Shown here: piece after piece, positions 30,559 through 40,521 of the stretch
Position numbering within the stretch: position 1 is the stretch's first letter
Layout of the letters: every line of letters starts with the position of its first letter
Source: Chloroflexota bacterium
Lineage (GTDB): Bacteria; Chloroflexota; Limnocylindria; QHBO01
NCBI GenBank assembly: GCA_040905185.1
Contig: JBBDRZ010000006.1
Coordinates: forward strand, 8,039-72,038
DNA: 64,000 nucleotides
Direction: 5' to 3'
Position numbers and translations under genes: made by a program
The notes under the pieces: generated by a model
The model's database searches: none
What the model saw: the letters and a program-made list of their open reading frames with translations, nothing else
What the model was told of the DNA's origin: nothing

Positions 30559-32076
30559 ATGGGACCCGTGCAAGCCCCGCTCCAGCTGACCGGAGGTGAC
30601 CTGAGCGTCGAGGTCGTGGTCGCCGTCGCTCGCGGCATGCGGCCGGTGGAGGTGGATGGGACGGCTCGGGAACGCATGGCGGCTTCGCGGTCGGTAATCG
30701 ATCGGGTGGTCGCGTCGGGCGAGACGGTGTACGGCGTCACGACCGGATTCGGGGACCTGGCCGACGTCCGGATCTCGCCCGAGCAGACCGCCACGCTCCA
30801 GCGCAACCTGGTCCGCAGCCACGCGGCCGGTGTGGGTGAGCCGCTCCCCGAGGAAGTGGTGCGCGCCATGCTCGTGCTGCGGGTCAACGCCCTGGCCGTC
30901 GGGCTGTCCGGCGTGCGGCCCGAGCTGGCAGACCTGCTGGTCGCCATGCTCAACGCCGGCGTCCATCCCCACATCCCGTCCCGGGGCAGCGTGGGCGCCT
31001 CGGGCGACCTGGCTCCACTCGCCCACCTCGCCCTGGTGGTCATTGGCGAAGGCGAAGCAGTGGTTGGCGGCAGGCGACTTGCCGGTGCCGAAGCCCTGGC
31101 CGCAGCCGGTCTGGAGCCGATGGAGCTGGAGGCCAAGGAGGGCCTCGCGCTCCTGAACGGGACGCAGCTCATGGCCGCCCTGGGCGCCCTGGCGGCAGCG
31201 GACGCGCGGCGGCTGGTCATCACCGCCGACGTGGTGGGAGCCATGAGCCTGGAGGCCATGCTGGGGACGGCATCGGCCTTCGACGAGGCCCTCATCGGTG
31301 CCCGCCCCCACCCGGGGCAGGTCGCATCGGCGGCTCGTCTGAGGGGGTTGTTGGCGGATAGCGAGATCGGGGCCAGCCATCGGTCCAGCCCGCACCGCCT
31401 CCAGGACCCCTATTCACTGCGCTGCATGCCCCAGGTCCACGGCGCGGTGCACGACGCGTTGGTGCCGCTGGAGGGCGTCCTGGCGGTGGAAATGAACGCC
31501 GCCACCGACAATCCGCTGGTCTTCCCCGACGGGCGGGTGATCAGCGGGGGAAACTTCCACGGCGAACCGCTGGCGCTGGCCCTCGACCATGCCCGGGTGG
31601 CGCTGACCGCGCTGGCCACCATCTCCGAGCGGCGGACTGCGCGCCTGGTGGACGCGCGGCTGTCGGGACTACCCGCCTTCCTGGCCGTCGAGCCGGGCCT
31701 GGAGAGCGGGTTGATGATCGCCCAGTACACCGCGGCTGCCCTGGTCAACGAGCTGAAGACGGTGGCGCATCCGGCGAGCGTGGACACCATCCCGACCAGC
31801 GCCAACCAGGAGGACCACGTCAGCATGGGCGCCACGTCCGCCCTGCTGTTGCGGGAGGCCGTGGACCGGGTGACGGCCGTTCTGGCGATCGAGGCCCTGT
31901 GTGCCGCGCGCGGTCTCGACCTGCGCGCCCCGTTGCGTCCCGGGCAGGGAGTGGCCGCGGCGCATGCCGTCGTCCGGGCCGCCGTCCCCCCGCTCACCGC
32001 GGACCGCCCGCCGGGACCGGACATCGCGGCACTGGCGCAGCTGATCAGCGACGGCGGTCTGGCGATCGATGCCTGA
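30559..32076 (+). CDS. hutH: histidine ammonia-lyase
   Basis: MIO-forming GSVGASGDL motif, with aromatic amino-acid lyase family conservation throughout. Confidence 0.95.
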   Translation: MGPVQAPLQLTGGDLSVEVVVAVARGMRPVEVDGTARERMAASRSVIDRVVASGETVYGVTTGFGDLADVRISPEQTATLQRNLVRSHAAGVGEPLPEEVVRAMLVLRVNALAVGLSGVRPELADLLVAMLNAGVHPHIPSRGSVGASGDLAPLAHLALVVIGEGEAVVGGRRLAGAEALAAAGLEPMELEAKEGLALLNGTQLMAALGALAAADARRLVITADVVGAMSLEAMLGTASAFDEALIGARPHPGQVASAARLRGLLADSEIGASHRSSPHRLQDPYSLRCMPQVHGAVHDALVPLEGVLAVEMNAATDNPLVFPDGRVISGGNFHGEPLALALDHARVALTALATISERRTARLVDARLSGLPAFLAVEPGLESGLMIAQYTAAALVNELKTVAHPASVDTIPTSANQEDHVSMGATSALLLREAVDRVTAVLAIEALCAARGLDLRAPLRPGQGVAAAHAVVRAAVPPLTADRPPGPDIAALAQLISDGGLAIDA

Positions 32077-32794
32077 GCTGACGTTCGCCCTCGTGGACGA
32101 GGCGAGCATCGATGCGATTCCCGCCCCGGCCAGGCCCGGAGGGCGGTGTCAGACGTGCGACTACTGGGAGCGGCTGGAGGGCAGCCGCGAGGGGGAAGAC
32201 ACCGCCCCCCGTCGTGCCGCCAAGCGGGCTGCCCTGCTGGCCGGCGCCCGGCTGGCCGGCTCCTACGGGATGCTGGCCACCGAGACTGATGGCACCGCCG
32301 TCGGCTACGCGCAGTTCGGACCGTTGAGCGCCTACCCGCGGGCCCAGCTGATTCGCGACCGCTACCCCGAGCTGCCCGAATCGCCGACGCCGTGGGTCAT
32401 CACCTGTCTGCAGGTCGTGCCCGACGCCCCGGACCGGCTCGGCATCGGTCAGGCGCTGGCCGAAGCGGTATGCGTCGACCTGGATCGGCGTGGCGTGACC
32501 GCGGTCGAGGTCTATCCCGAGCGGGCCACGGACCCGTGGCTGCCGCCCGGGGGACCGGCAGCGGTGTACGAGTCGTCGGGCTTCGCCCGGGCAGCCGGAG
32601 ACGACCGATATCCCGTGTATCGGCGCGACCTGGCGGGAGGCGTTGAGGTGGGCTGGGGCGACCTGCTGGAAAAGGCTCGGCCGCCGGATGCCGGCGAGGA
32701 GTGGCCGCTTCCATTGCCCAAGGGCCCACGCGAGGAAGACGTCTTCCGCCTGCCACCCAGGCCCGAGCGGCCCAACCCGTTCGGCGAGGACTGA
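32069..32794 (+). CDS. GNAT family N-acetyltransferase
   Basis: Acetyl-CoA binding region (QALAEAVCVDLDRRGVTAVEVY ... YESSGF). Overlaps the hutH stop by 8 nt. Confidence 0.5.
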   Translation: MPELTFALVDEASIDAIPAPARPGGRCQTCDYWERLEGSREGEDTAPRRAAKRAALLAGARLAGSYGMLATETDGTAVGYAQFGPLSAYPRAQLIRDRYPELPESPTPWVITCLQVVPDAPDRLGIGQALAEAVCVDLDRRGVTAVEVYPERATDPWLPPGGPAAVYESSGFARAAGDDRYPVYRRDLAGGVEVGWGDLLEKARPPDAGEEWPLPLPKGPREEDVFRLPPRPERPNPFGED

Positions 32795-32817
32795 CCGACA
32801 GACGGGCGGACTGATCG

Positions 32818-33543
32818 ATGATCGAGGCCTTCCTCTGGGCACTGCTGGCCAGCTCGGCGCTGGTCGTAGGCGCCGTCGCGGGAGTGGCCATGAAGGTGCC
32901 GCGAGCCTGGGTGGGCCTGGCCCTGGCGTTCGGCGCCGGGGCGCTGATCAGCGCGGTCGCGTTCGAGCTGACCGCAGAAGCGTTCCAGACCGGCGGCGCC
33001 GGTTTGCTGGCCGCGGGCTTGGCTGCCGGGGCTATCACTTTCTTCATTGGCAATCGCTGGCTGCACACCCGCGGCGCCGCGCGACGGGGGGCGCGGGTCC
33101 GCCCCGCCAAGGACGCCCAGGGCCTATCGATCGTGCTCGGCGCCCTCTTGGACGGCATTCCGGAGTCGATCGTCCTGGGCACCATGCTCCTGGGCGGCGG
33201 CAGCCTGGCGCCGGCGTTTCTGGCGGCGGTGGTCCTGTCCAACGTACCGGAGGGCTTGTCTGCATCGGCGGATCTCCGCCGCGAGGGTCACGCCCGCGGA
33301 TGGATCCTGCGACTCTGGATCAGCGTCGCCGTGGCTTCGGCGGCGACCGCCGCGGTTGCCTACGCGCTCCTCGACAAGCCCGGCGCCGCGGTCCCGTTCG
33401 TCCAGGCCTTTGCGGCGGGAGCGTTGATCACCATGCTGGTCGACACGATGATCCCCGAGGCTTACGAGGACAGTGGCGACCGAGCGGGTCTCGTCACCGT
33501 CCTTGGCTTCGCCCTGGCGTTCCTGCTATCCGCGGTGTCTTGA
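32818..33543 (+). CDS. ZIP family metal cation transporter
   Basis: About eight TM helices with GALLDGIPES and LSNVPEGLS (ZupT-like HNxPEG positions, with the His residues degenerate). Confidence 0.6.
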   Translation: MIEAFLWALLASSALVVGAVAGVAMKVPRAWVGLALAFGAGALISAVAFELTAEAFQTGGAGLLAAGLAAGAITFFIGNRWLHTRGAARRGARVRPAKDAQGLSIVLGALLDGIPESIVLGTMLLGGGSLAPAFLAAVVLSNVPEGLSASADLRREGHARGWILRLWISVAVASAATAAVAYALLDKPGAAVPFVQAFAAGALITMLVDTMIPEAYEDSGDRAGLVTVLGFALAFLLSAVS

Positions 33544-33589
33544 CCATTCGCCGGCCGAACTCCGCTGAGTCGCGGCCTATCATCGATCC

Positions 33590-35275
33590 ATGACGACCAG
33601 CACGCGGCCTGCCGCCGGCCCGCGCGCCGTGCGGTCGCCCCGCGGGACGGAGCTCTCCTGCAAGGGCTGGGGTCAGGAAGCCGCGCTCCGGATGCTGATG
33701 AACAACCTCGATCCTGAGGTCGCCGAGGACCCGGACCACCTCATCGTGTACGGCGGCACGGGGCGGGCGGCCCGCAGTTGGGAGGCGTTCGATGCCATCG
33801 TCCACGAGCTGCGCCGCCTGGAGAATGACGAGACCCTCCTCGTCCAGAGCGGCAAACCGGTCGGCGTCTTTCGGACCACGCCGGACGCTCCCCGCGTCCT
33901 GATCGCCAACGCCATCCTCGTCCCCCATTGGGCGACCTGGGAGAAGTTCCGCGAGCTGGAACGGGCCGGTCTCACGATGTACGGCCAGATGACGGCCGGG
34001 TCGTGGATCTACATCGCGACCCAGGGAATCATCCAGGGGACGTACGAGACGTTCGCCGAGTGCGCGCGGCAGCATTTCGGTGGCTCCCTGCGCGGGACGG
34101 TCACGCTGACCGCGGGCCTGGGTGGGATGGGGGGCGCCCAGCCGCTGGCGGTGACGATGAACGAGGGTGCGGTGCTGGCCGTGGAGGTGGACCCGGCGCG
34201 CGCCGAGCGGCGGCGAGAGGCCGGCTACGTCGACGAGCTGACGACCGACCTGGACCAGGCCATCCGCAAGGTGGATGCCTGGCGGGCCGCCGGCGCGGCG
34301 CGGAGCATCGGACTGGTCGCCAACGCCGCCGACGTGGAGCCGGAGCTGGTTCGCCGCGGCTGGCGTCCCGATGTCGTCACCGACCAGACCTCCGCCCACG
34401 ACCCGCTGGGCGGATACGTGCCGGGCGGCATCGGTCTGGCGGACGCCCTGGCGCTCCGCGATCGGGACCCGGACGAGTACGTGCGCCTGGCCAAGGCCTC
34501 GATCGCCGACCACGTGCGGGCCATGCTCGCCTTCCAGGCGTCCGGATCGGTGGTGTTCGACTACGGCAACAACATCCGCGCGGTGGCGGCCGAGGCTGGG
34601 GTGACCGATGCCTTCTCCTTCCCCGGTTTCGTGCCGGCATTCATTCGGCCGTTGTTCTGCGAGGGCAAGGGGCCGTTCCGCTGGGCAGCCCTTTCAGGCG
34701 ATCCCAACGACATCCTGAAGACCGATGCGGCCCTGGCCGAGCTGTTCCCGGACGACGTTTCCCTGCACCGATGGCTGCGCCTGGCCCAGGAGAAGGTGCC
34801 GTTCCAGGGCCTGCCGGCCCGGATCTGCTGGCTGGGCTACGGAGAGCGGGCGAAGGCCGGGCTGCGGATCAACGACATGGTTCGATCCGGGGAGCTGGCG
34901 GCGCCGATCGTGATCGGTCGCGACCACCTGGATGCGGGCTCGGTGGCCAGCCCGTATCGCGAGACCGAGGGCATGCGCGATGGCTCCGACGCGATTGCGG
35001 ACTGGCCGGTGCTGAATGCGCTCCTGAACACGGCCGCGGGGGCGACCTGGGTCAGCGTCCACCACGGCGGCGGGGTGGGGATCGGGTATTCGCTGCACGC
35101 CGGGATGGTGATCGTCGCGGATGGGACCGATGCGGCCGCCGCCCGCCTGGAACGGGTCCTGACCACCGATCCGGGGATGGGCGTGGTGCGTCACGCCGAT
35201 GCCGGCTACGAACGTGCCCTGGAAGTCGCCCGCGAGCGCGGCGTCCGGATTCCGATGTCCGAGGAGCAGCCCTAG
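33590..35275 (+). CDS. hutU: urocanate hydratase
   Basis: Conserved urocanase blocks ([21 protein letters not shown], the NAD-binding region). Confidence 0.95.
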   Translation: MTTSTRPAAGPRAVRSPRGTELSCKGWGQEAALRMLMNNLDPEVAEDPDHLIVYGGTGRAARSWEAFDAIVHELRRLENDETLLVQSGKPVGVFRTTPDAPRVLIANAILVPHWATWEKFRELERAGLTMYGQMTAGSWIYIATQGIIQGTYETFAECARQHFGGSLRGTVTLTAGLGGMGGAQPLAVTMNEGAVLAVEVDPARAERRREAGYVDELTTDLDQAIRKVDAWRAAGAARSIGLVANAADVEPELVRRGWRPDVVTDQTSAHDPLGGYVPGGIGLADALALRDRDPDEYVRLAKASIADHVRAMLAFQASGSVVFDYGNNIRAVAAEAGVTDAFSFPGFVPAFIRPLFCEGKGPFRWAALSGDPNDILKTDAALAELFPDDVSLHRWLRLAQEKVPFQGLPARICWLGYGERAKAGLRINDMVRSGELAAPIVIGRDHLDAGSVASPYRETEGMRDGSDAIADWPVLNALLNTAAGATWVSVHHGGGVGIGYSLHAGMVIVADGTDAAAARLERVLTTDPGMGVVRHADAGYERALEVARERGVRIPMSEEQP

Positions 35276-36366
35276 ATCACGAGGTCCGCGCCCAGGTCGG
35301 CGACCGACGGTGCACCGGCCAGGGCCATGGCCAGCTCCAGCTCGGCGGTGAGCAGGTCCAGGACGTGGCCGACGCCCGCTTCGCCGTTCACGGCCAGGCC
35401 CCACAGCACCGGACGCCCGATGCCGACCGCGGTCGCGCCCAAGGCCAGCGCGATCAGGACGTCGGTTCCGCGCCGGACGCCGCCATCCATCAGAACCGGC
35501 ACGCGGCGGTCGACCGCCTCCACCACCGCCGGCAGGGCGTCCAGGCTGGCGATGGCGTTGTCCAACTGCCGCCCGCCGTGATTGCTGACCTGAACGGCCG
35601 CCGCGCCGTGCTCGACCGCGAGCCGCGCATCGTCGGGATGGAGGATGCCCTTGACAATGACCGGCAGGCCGAAACCAGCCAGCCACCCCACGTCGTTCCA
35701 CGTCATTCGATCAGTGAACGCCACGTTGAGCCCCTCGGCCAGCGGGACGCCGGCCGCCGCCGCGATGTTCGGGACCGCCACGTCCTCTGGAATTGAGAAG
35801 CCGACCTGGATGTCCCGCTCCCGCCGGCCAACCCGAGGCAGGTCGACGGTCAGGACCAGCGCCTCGTAGCCGGCCGCGACGGCCCGCTCGACGTGTTCCC
35901 GCCGGGCGCCGGGATCGGCCAGCAGGTAGACCTGGAACCAGCGCGGGCCACCGGCTGCCGCCACGTCGGCCAGGTCGGCGCTGGCGGAGGTGGACAGGAC
36001 CATCGTGATCCCGCGCGCTGCCGCGGCCCGGGCGGTGGCAAGTTCCCCATCGGGATGAGCCAGCTTGTGGAACGCGGTGGGCGCGATACAGATGGGCCAT
36101 GGCCAACGACGGCCAAGGATGTCGACCGATGGGTCGACATGGGACACGTCGCGCAGGACGCGCGGGATGATGCGGCGGCGCCCGAATGCCGCGCGGTTGT
36201 CGGCCAGCGTGCGCTCGTCGTTGGACCCCCCGGTGTAGTACGCCAACGCACCCGGCGTCAGCCGTTCGGCGGCGAGATGCTCGTAGTCATGGAGGTTGAT
36301 GAGCGTCGGGTCCTCGACGCGTTCGGGCTGGAAACCCGCCAGCGCCGGGCGTGTCAATTCGCTCAC
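35272..36366 (-). CDS. FMN-dependent alpha-hydroxy acid dehydrogenase/oxidase (L-lactate dehydrogenase / glycolate oxidase family)
   Basis: FMN-dependent dehydrogenase motifs ([50 protein letters not shown]). Confidence 0.8.
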   Translation of the reverse strand: MSELTRPALAGFQPERVEDPTLINLHDYEHLAAERLTPGALAYYTGGSNDERTLADNRAAFGRRRIIPRVLRDVSHVDPSVDILGRRWPWPICIAPTAFHKLAHPDGELATARAAAARGITMVLSTSASADLADVAAAGGPRWFQVYLLADPGARREHVERAVAAGYEALVLTVDLPRVGRRERDIQVGFSIPEDVAVPNIAAAAGVPLAEGLNVAFTDRMTWNDVGWLAGFGLPVIVKGILHPDDARLAVEHGAAAVQVSNHGGRQLDNAIASLDALPAVVEAVDRRVPVLMDGGVRRGTDVLIALALGATAVGIGRPVLWGLAVNGEAGVGHVLDLLTAELELAMALAGAPSVADLGADLVI

Positions 36367-37133
36367 CGCCTCGCGGCCCCGGCCTTGGCCGCGGCCTTGG
36401 CCTTCAGAATCCCCGCTCGTGCCTTCGCCGCCTTCGCCTTACCCGCTTTCAAGGCAGCCTGGGCCTCACGATACGCGACCGTTTTCTCGATGTACGGGAT
36501 GGCGGCTGGCGTGACGCAGCCCGTCTCTCCATGGTCGACAATGACCGGACCGATTTGACGAGCCGCATCGACGGCCTCTTCGCGCAGACCCTCGTTGCGC
36601 AGGGCGATGGCAATCAGCGCCCCGTTCATGGCATGCCGGGTTCGATTGCCGGCGTGTTCGATTTCGCGCTCGATCTTCTCGAGCAGGTCGAGGAAGAACT
36701 CGTCCCGGAGGTTCGCGTCGCGGGCGGCGAGGACACCCACCAGATCCCAACCCGCCTGCGCGGTCCAATCGCGGGCCGACCTGATCCAACGCTCCATCCG
36801 GGCGCGGAGCCCGGGCGCCTGGCTCGCGACATCGGCGACAAACTCGTCTACCAGGGGGTAGTAGGCGATGTCCTCCATCCAGGCGTCCAGGTCGTCGTCG
36901 TTCATGCGGGCCGGATCAGCGACCATGCAGGCGAGCAGGCGGGCATCGACGTTCTCGGTGGCCCACAGCGAGAGGGCCAGGCCGTGATCGCGCCCGATCC
37001 GCTTGGCCATTGGCCGCAGTTCCTTGAATGCCACCCCGTACTGGTTCTCCCCGGCGCCGTGGCGGCGGTAGATGACCCGATTCCGCTCCGTGCCGGCGGT
37101 CTCGAGCTGAGCGAGGGCATCCCGGACGTCCAT
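36363..37133 (-). CDS. DNA alkylation repair protein (AlkD-like HEAT-repeat glycosylase family) with a Lys/Ala-rich C-terminal tail
   Basis: ERNRVIYRRHGAGENQYGVAFKELRPMAKRIGRDHGLALSLWAT resembles the AlkD/AlkC family N-terminus. The C-terminus is [28 protein letters not shown]. Confidence 0.5.
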   Translation of the reverse strand: MDVRDALAQLETAGTERNRVIYRRHGAGENQYGVAFKELRPMAKRIGRDHGLALSLWATENVDARLLACMVADPARMNDDDLDAWMEDIAYYPLVDEFVADVASQAPGLRARMERWIRSARDWTAQAGWDLVGVLAARDANLRDEFFLDLLEKIEREIEHAGNRTRHAMNGALIAIALRNEGLREEAVDAARQIGPVIVDHGETGCVTPAAIPYIEKTVAYREAQAALKAGKAKAAKARAGILKAKAAAKAGAARR

Positions 37134-37191
37134 GTTTCGATGGTAGCGCGACCGCGTCCAGGCGACTGGCCGCCGCGTAGGATCGGACCGA

Positions 37192-38376
37192 ATGTCTGCC
37201 GTCTCGCGTCCGGACCCGGATGCCGCGCTGCCCGGCGCCCCAGACCCATGGGCGCCGTCCGAAATTCCGGCCTGGCGCGACGGACCGCCGTACGCGATGA
37301 CCGAGATGATCGACGCTGAGCCGGCCCTGGCCGCCCGCGTGGCGGATCGCCTCTTGTCCAGTCCCCCGCTGGAGGCCGTCGCCGATGCCCTCCGCGAGGC
37401 CGCTCACGACCGCCTGGCCATCACGACCACCGGATGCGGAACCAGCCAGCACGCGGCCATCGCGGTTGCGGCATTGCTTTCCGACGCGCTGGCCATCGCG
37501 GGATTGCCCGATGACCGGGTGTCCGCGGTGCAGGCTTTCGAGCTGTCGCGGTGGGTTCCGCGCGGCGGCGTGGTCGTGGCCGTGTCGCACGAGGGAGGAA
37601 CGGCCGCCACCAACGACGCGCTGCGGGCCGCGGCGACCGCGGGCGCGGCGACCGTCCTCATCACCGTCAGCGACCGCTCCCCCGGCGCCGCGTTGGCGGG
37701 CCGCGTCCTGGGCACCGAGGAGCAGGACCAGTCGTGGTGTCACACCGTCGGTTATCTGTCCCCGCTCGTCGTGGGGGCTTGCCTGCACGGTGCGTTGCGT
37801 GACGCAGCGCCGGTGCCCGAGGCCATCACGCGCCAGGTTGCGGCCGGATCCGATCCCTCCCGCGTGGATGGCATGGCCGCTGGACTCTCCTCCACCGATC
37901 GCCTGCTGGTGGTTGGCTCCGGCGCCGACTACGCGGCCGCCACGGAGCTGGCCCTCAAGGTCGAGGAGGGCGCGCGGCTGCCGGCGGTGGCCTACGAGCT
38001 GGAGACCATCCGCCACGGCCACCTGGCAGCGGCCACCGAACGGACCGGCCTGGTCATGGTTTTGACCGACGCCGAGGGGCGCGGCGCCGCCCTCCTGGAC
38101 CGGGCCGCATCGGTCCTCCGTGCGGCAAACGCGCTCGGCATGCCGGCCGCCGTCATCGCCGCGGCGGATCTGGCAGGGGCACCTGAGCGTGCCCTGGCCA
38201 CCGCGGGATGGCGATCGGTCACCCTCGAGCCCAGCCTGCCGCGAATCGTGGCCGCCACCCTGGCATCGGTCATCCCGCTCCAACTCCTGACCGAGCGACT
38301 GGCCCGGGCGCGAGGCACCAACCCGGATACCATCGGTCGCGAGGACCCGCGGCAAGCGGCTGCTGCGTCGGCTTGA
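37192..38376 (+). CDS. SIS domain protein (double SIS, GlmS C-terminal-like sugar-phosphate isomerase/deglycase)
   Basis: Two SIS folds (ITTTGCGTSQHAAIAVAA ; LLVVGSGADYAAATELALKVEE). No glutaminase domain. Confidence 0.65.
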   Translation: MSAVSRPDPDAALPGAPDPWAPSEIPAWRDGPPYAMTEMIDAEPALAARVADRLLSSPPLEAVADALREAAHDRLAITTTGCGTSQHAAIAVAALLSDALAIAGLPDDRVSAVQAFELSRWVPRGGVVVAVSHEGGTAATNDALRAAATAGAATVLITVSDRSPGAALAGRVLGTEEQDQSWCHTVGYLSPLVVGACLHGALRDAAPVPEAITRQVAAGSDPSRVDGMAAGLSSTDRLLVVGSGADYAAATELALKVEEGARLPAVAYELETIRHGHLAAATERTGLVMVLTDAEGRGAALLDRAASVLRAANALGMPAAVIAAADLAGAPERALATAGWRSVTLEPSLPRIVAATLASVIPLQLLTERLARARGTNPDTIGREDPRQAAAASA

Positions 38377-38404
38377 GCGCGGCTCGCCCACCTATGATCG
38401 GTCC

Positions 38405-39319
38405 GTGGCTAGCCTGATCGAGTGCGTGCCCAACTTCAGTGAGGGTCGACGACCCGAGGTGTTGGACGAGATCACCCGGGCTATCCGTCAGATCGACGGG
38501 GTGAGCCTCCTCGACGCCAGCCGCGATGAGTCGCACAACCGGAGCGTGGTGACCTTCGCCGGCGGCCCCGAACCGGTGGTCCGGGCAGCCATGGCGGCCG
38601 TCGGACGCGCGCTGGAGCTCATCGACATGGAGCAGCAGACCGGCGCGCACCCGCGCATCGGGGCGGTCGACGTCATTCCCTTCGTGCCACTGGGGGACAC
38701 CCGGATGGAGGAATGCGTGGACCTGGCACGCCGCTTCGGGGAGCAGCTGGCCAAAGTGTTCGCGCTCCCGGTCTACCTGTACGGGGAGGCGGCCCTCCGT
38801 CCGGAGCGGCGCCGCCTGGCCGACATCCGGCGCGGCCAGTACGAGGCGTTGAAAGAGGAGATCGGGATCAACCCCGACCGCGCCCCCGACTTCGGGCCGG
38901 CGCGCCTCCACCCCCGCGGCGGCGCGGTTGCGGTGGGCGCCCGCAAGCCGCTCATCGCGTTCAACCTGAACCTGGCCACCGACGACGTAGAGATCGCCCA
39001 GCGCATCGCAGAGACGATCCGCGAGTCTTCGGGCGGGCTGCCGGCGGTGCAGGCCATGGGCGTCCTGGTGGCGACTCCCGACGGCCGGCAGGTGGCCCAG
39101 GTCAGCATGAACCTCGCCGACTGGGAGCAGACCGGGATCCCGCGGGTGGTGCACGAAGTCCGCCGCCTGGCCCGCCAAGCGGGCACCGATATCGACCACG
39201 CCGAGCTGATCGGCCTGGCCCCCACCGCGGCGTTGCTCGAGGTGACAGCCGATGCGCTGGGGCTCCGCAACTTCAGCGCCGACCAGGCGCTCGAGCTGCG
39301 GTTGGCGCAGGACCGATAG
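38405..39319 (+). CDS. ftcD: glutamate formimidoyltransferase (FtcD N-terminal-type formiminotransferase)
   Basis: The ECVPNFSEGRR start and HPRIGAVDVIPFVP are hallmark formiminotransferase motifs. Confidence 0.8.
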   Translation: MASLIECVPNFSEGRRPEVLDEITRAIRQIDGVSLLDASRDESHNRSVVTFAGGPEPVVRAAMAAVGRALELIDMEQQTGAHPRIGAVDVIPFVPLGDTRMEECVDLARRFGEQLAKVFALPVYLYGEAALRPERRRLADIRRGQYEALKEEIGINPDRAPDFGPARLHPRGGAVAVGARKPLIAFNLNLATDDVEIAQRIAETIRESSGGLPAVQAMGVLVATPDGRQVAQVSMNLADWEQTGIPRVVHEVRRLARQAGTDIDHAELIGLAPTAALLEVTADALGLRNFSADQALELRLAQDR

Positions 39320-39327
39320 GTTCCAGG

Positions 39328-40521
39328 ATGTCCGTGAATCGGGCGCTGCTCCTGAGCCTTATGGTGGGCGCGGCGGGCTGGGCGGCGATCTGGTTCAGCA
39401 CCGACGCACGAGCCGGATGGGACTCACTCGTCTACCACAAGTACGCGTTTGAGTACGCTGGGCTGCCCTCTGAGCAGCAGGACGCGCTCGGTTGGAGGCT
39501 GTTCACCCGCTACGGATCTCCGAACTTGGTGCTGTACATAACCGAGGCGCTTGACGGCCACGAGTGGAGTTTTGACCTGAGGCCGGAGCAAGGTCGCTGG
39601 GGGCTCCAATACCGAATGCGACCGGCGTACCCGACCCTGGTTGCCGCGGCATATCCGGTGCTGGGGACGCGGGCACCCCTCGCGATTAGTGCGTTTGCTG
39701 TCGCATTGTTCGTGGCGACCACATTTGTCGGCCTCCTGATGCTGGCCGGCCTGCGTGTCGCCGTGATCGCCACCGGCCTTGGGATCTTCAATGTCCTGTT
39801 CACCCAGTGGCTGGTGGCCCTGATGACGGATGGCTTGGCGATCAGCCTGTGGGCCGTCACGCTCACGACCGGGGCGCTATGGATATCACAGCGCCGACCT
39901 GTTTGGCTGGTAGCCCTTGGCCTTGCCGTGCTGGCCCTGTGCTTCACTCGCCCAATCGGTGTCTTGGCACCTGCCGTGTTCGGCCTGAGTGCCATCGGGG
40001 CGGCGCTAGCCCGGGCCGACGAGTGGCGACGGTTCCTCGTCGCCGCCGTTGTGGCCGCGGTGCCTGCCCTGGCGGTCACCACGTTCTTTGCGGCTGCCGG
40101 ATTTCCCGGATTCTTCGACCTCCTGCAGGACCTTCCAACCGGCCATTTCAGCACACCTGATATCGCTGACCCAGTCGGGTGGACCGTGTCCAACGTCGGA
40201 TATCAGGTCACACAGACGCTGCTTGTAGGCCTGCTTGCGCGGCCGCTCGTGCTGGCGCTGGTTGCGGGTGCCGTCGCGGGATTGTTTCTCACTGGTCGGT
40301 GGTGGACGGCGCCGTTCCTCGCCTCGCTGCTCGTCATTCCCATCTCCTACGTTGTCCATCCGGAAACGTCTGAGCTAGCCAGGACGCTCGCGCCAGCGTG
40401 GGTGAGCGTTCATGCAGGGCTCGCGTTGTTCGTCGTGTTGGGAGCAATCCGATGGCGGGCGCGCGTTCTCGAGCTCGCTGATCGGCTGACACGGCACGAA
40501 ACAGCGACTCCCGCCGCATGA
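39328..40521 (+). CDS. hypothetical polytopic membrane protein
   Basis: Starts at ATG MSVNRALLLSL. The ORF-track start at 38713 is a frame-overlap extension over ftcD and was rejected. About ten TM helices. The stop overlaps the argS start (ATGA). Confidence 0.5.
   Translation: MSVNRALLLSLMVGAAGWAAIWFSTDARAGWDSLVYHKYAFEYAGLPSEQQDALGWRLFTRYGSPNLVLYITEALDGHEWSFDLRPEQGRWGLQYRMRPAYPTLVAAAYPVLGTRAPLAISAFAVALFVATTFVGLLMLAGLRVAVIATGLGIFNVLFTQWLVALMTDGLAISLWAVTLTTGALWISQRRPVWLVALGLAVLALCFTRPIGVLAPAVFGLSAIGAALARADEWRRFLVAAVVAAVPALAVTTFFAAAGFPGFFDLLQDLPTGHFSTPDIADPVGWTVSNVGYQVTQTLLVGLLARPLVLALVAGAVAGLFLTGRWWTAPFLASLLVIPISYVVHPETSELARTLAPAWVSVHAGLALFVVLGAIRWRARVLELADRLTRHETATPAA

Noticed and set aside
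29767-31395. 542-aa minus-strand ORF
   Set aside because: Only its last ~228 codons (the PAP2 phosphatase) are credible. The upstream 300 codons are antisense to hutH.
38713-39327. N-terminal 205 codons of the ORF-track model 38713..40521
   Set aside because: Out-of-frame overlap with the formimidoyltransferase gene. The true membrane-protein start is the ATG at ~39328 (MSVNRALLL).
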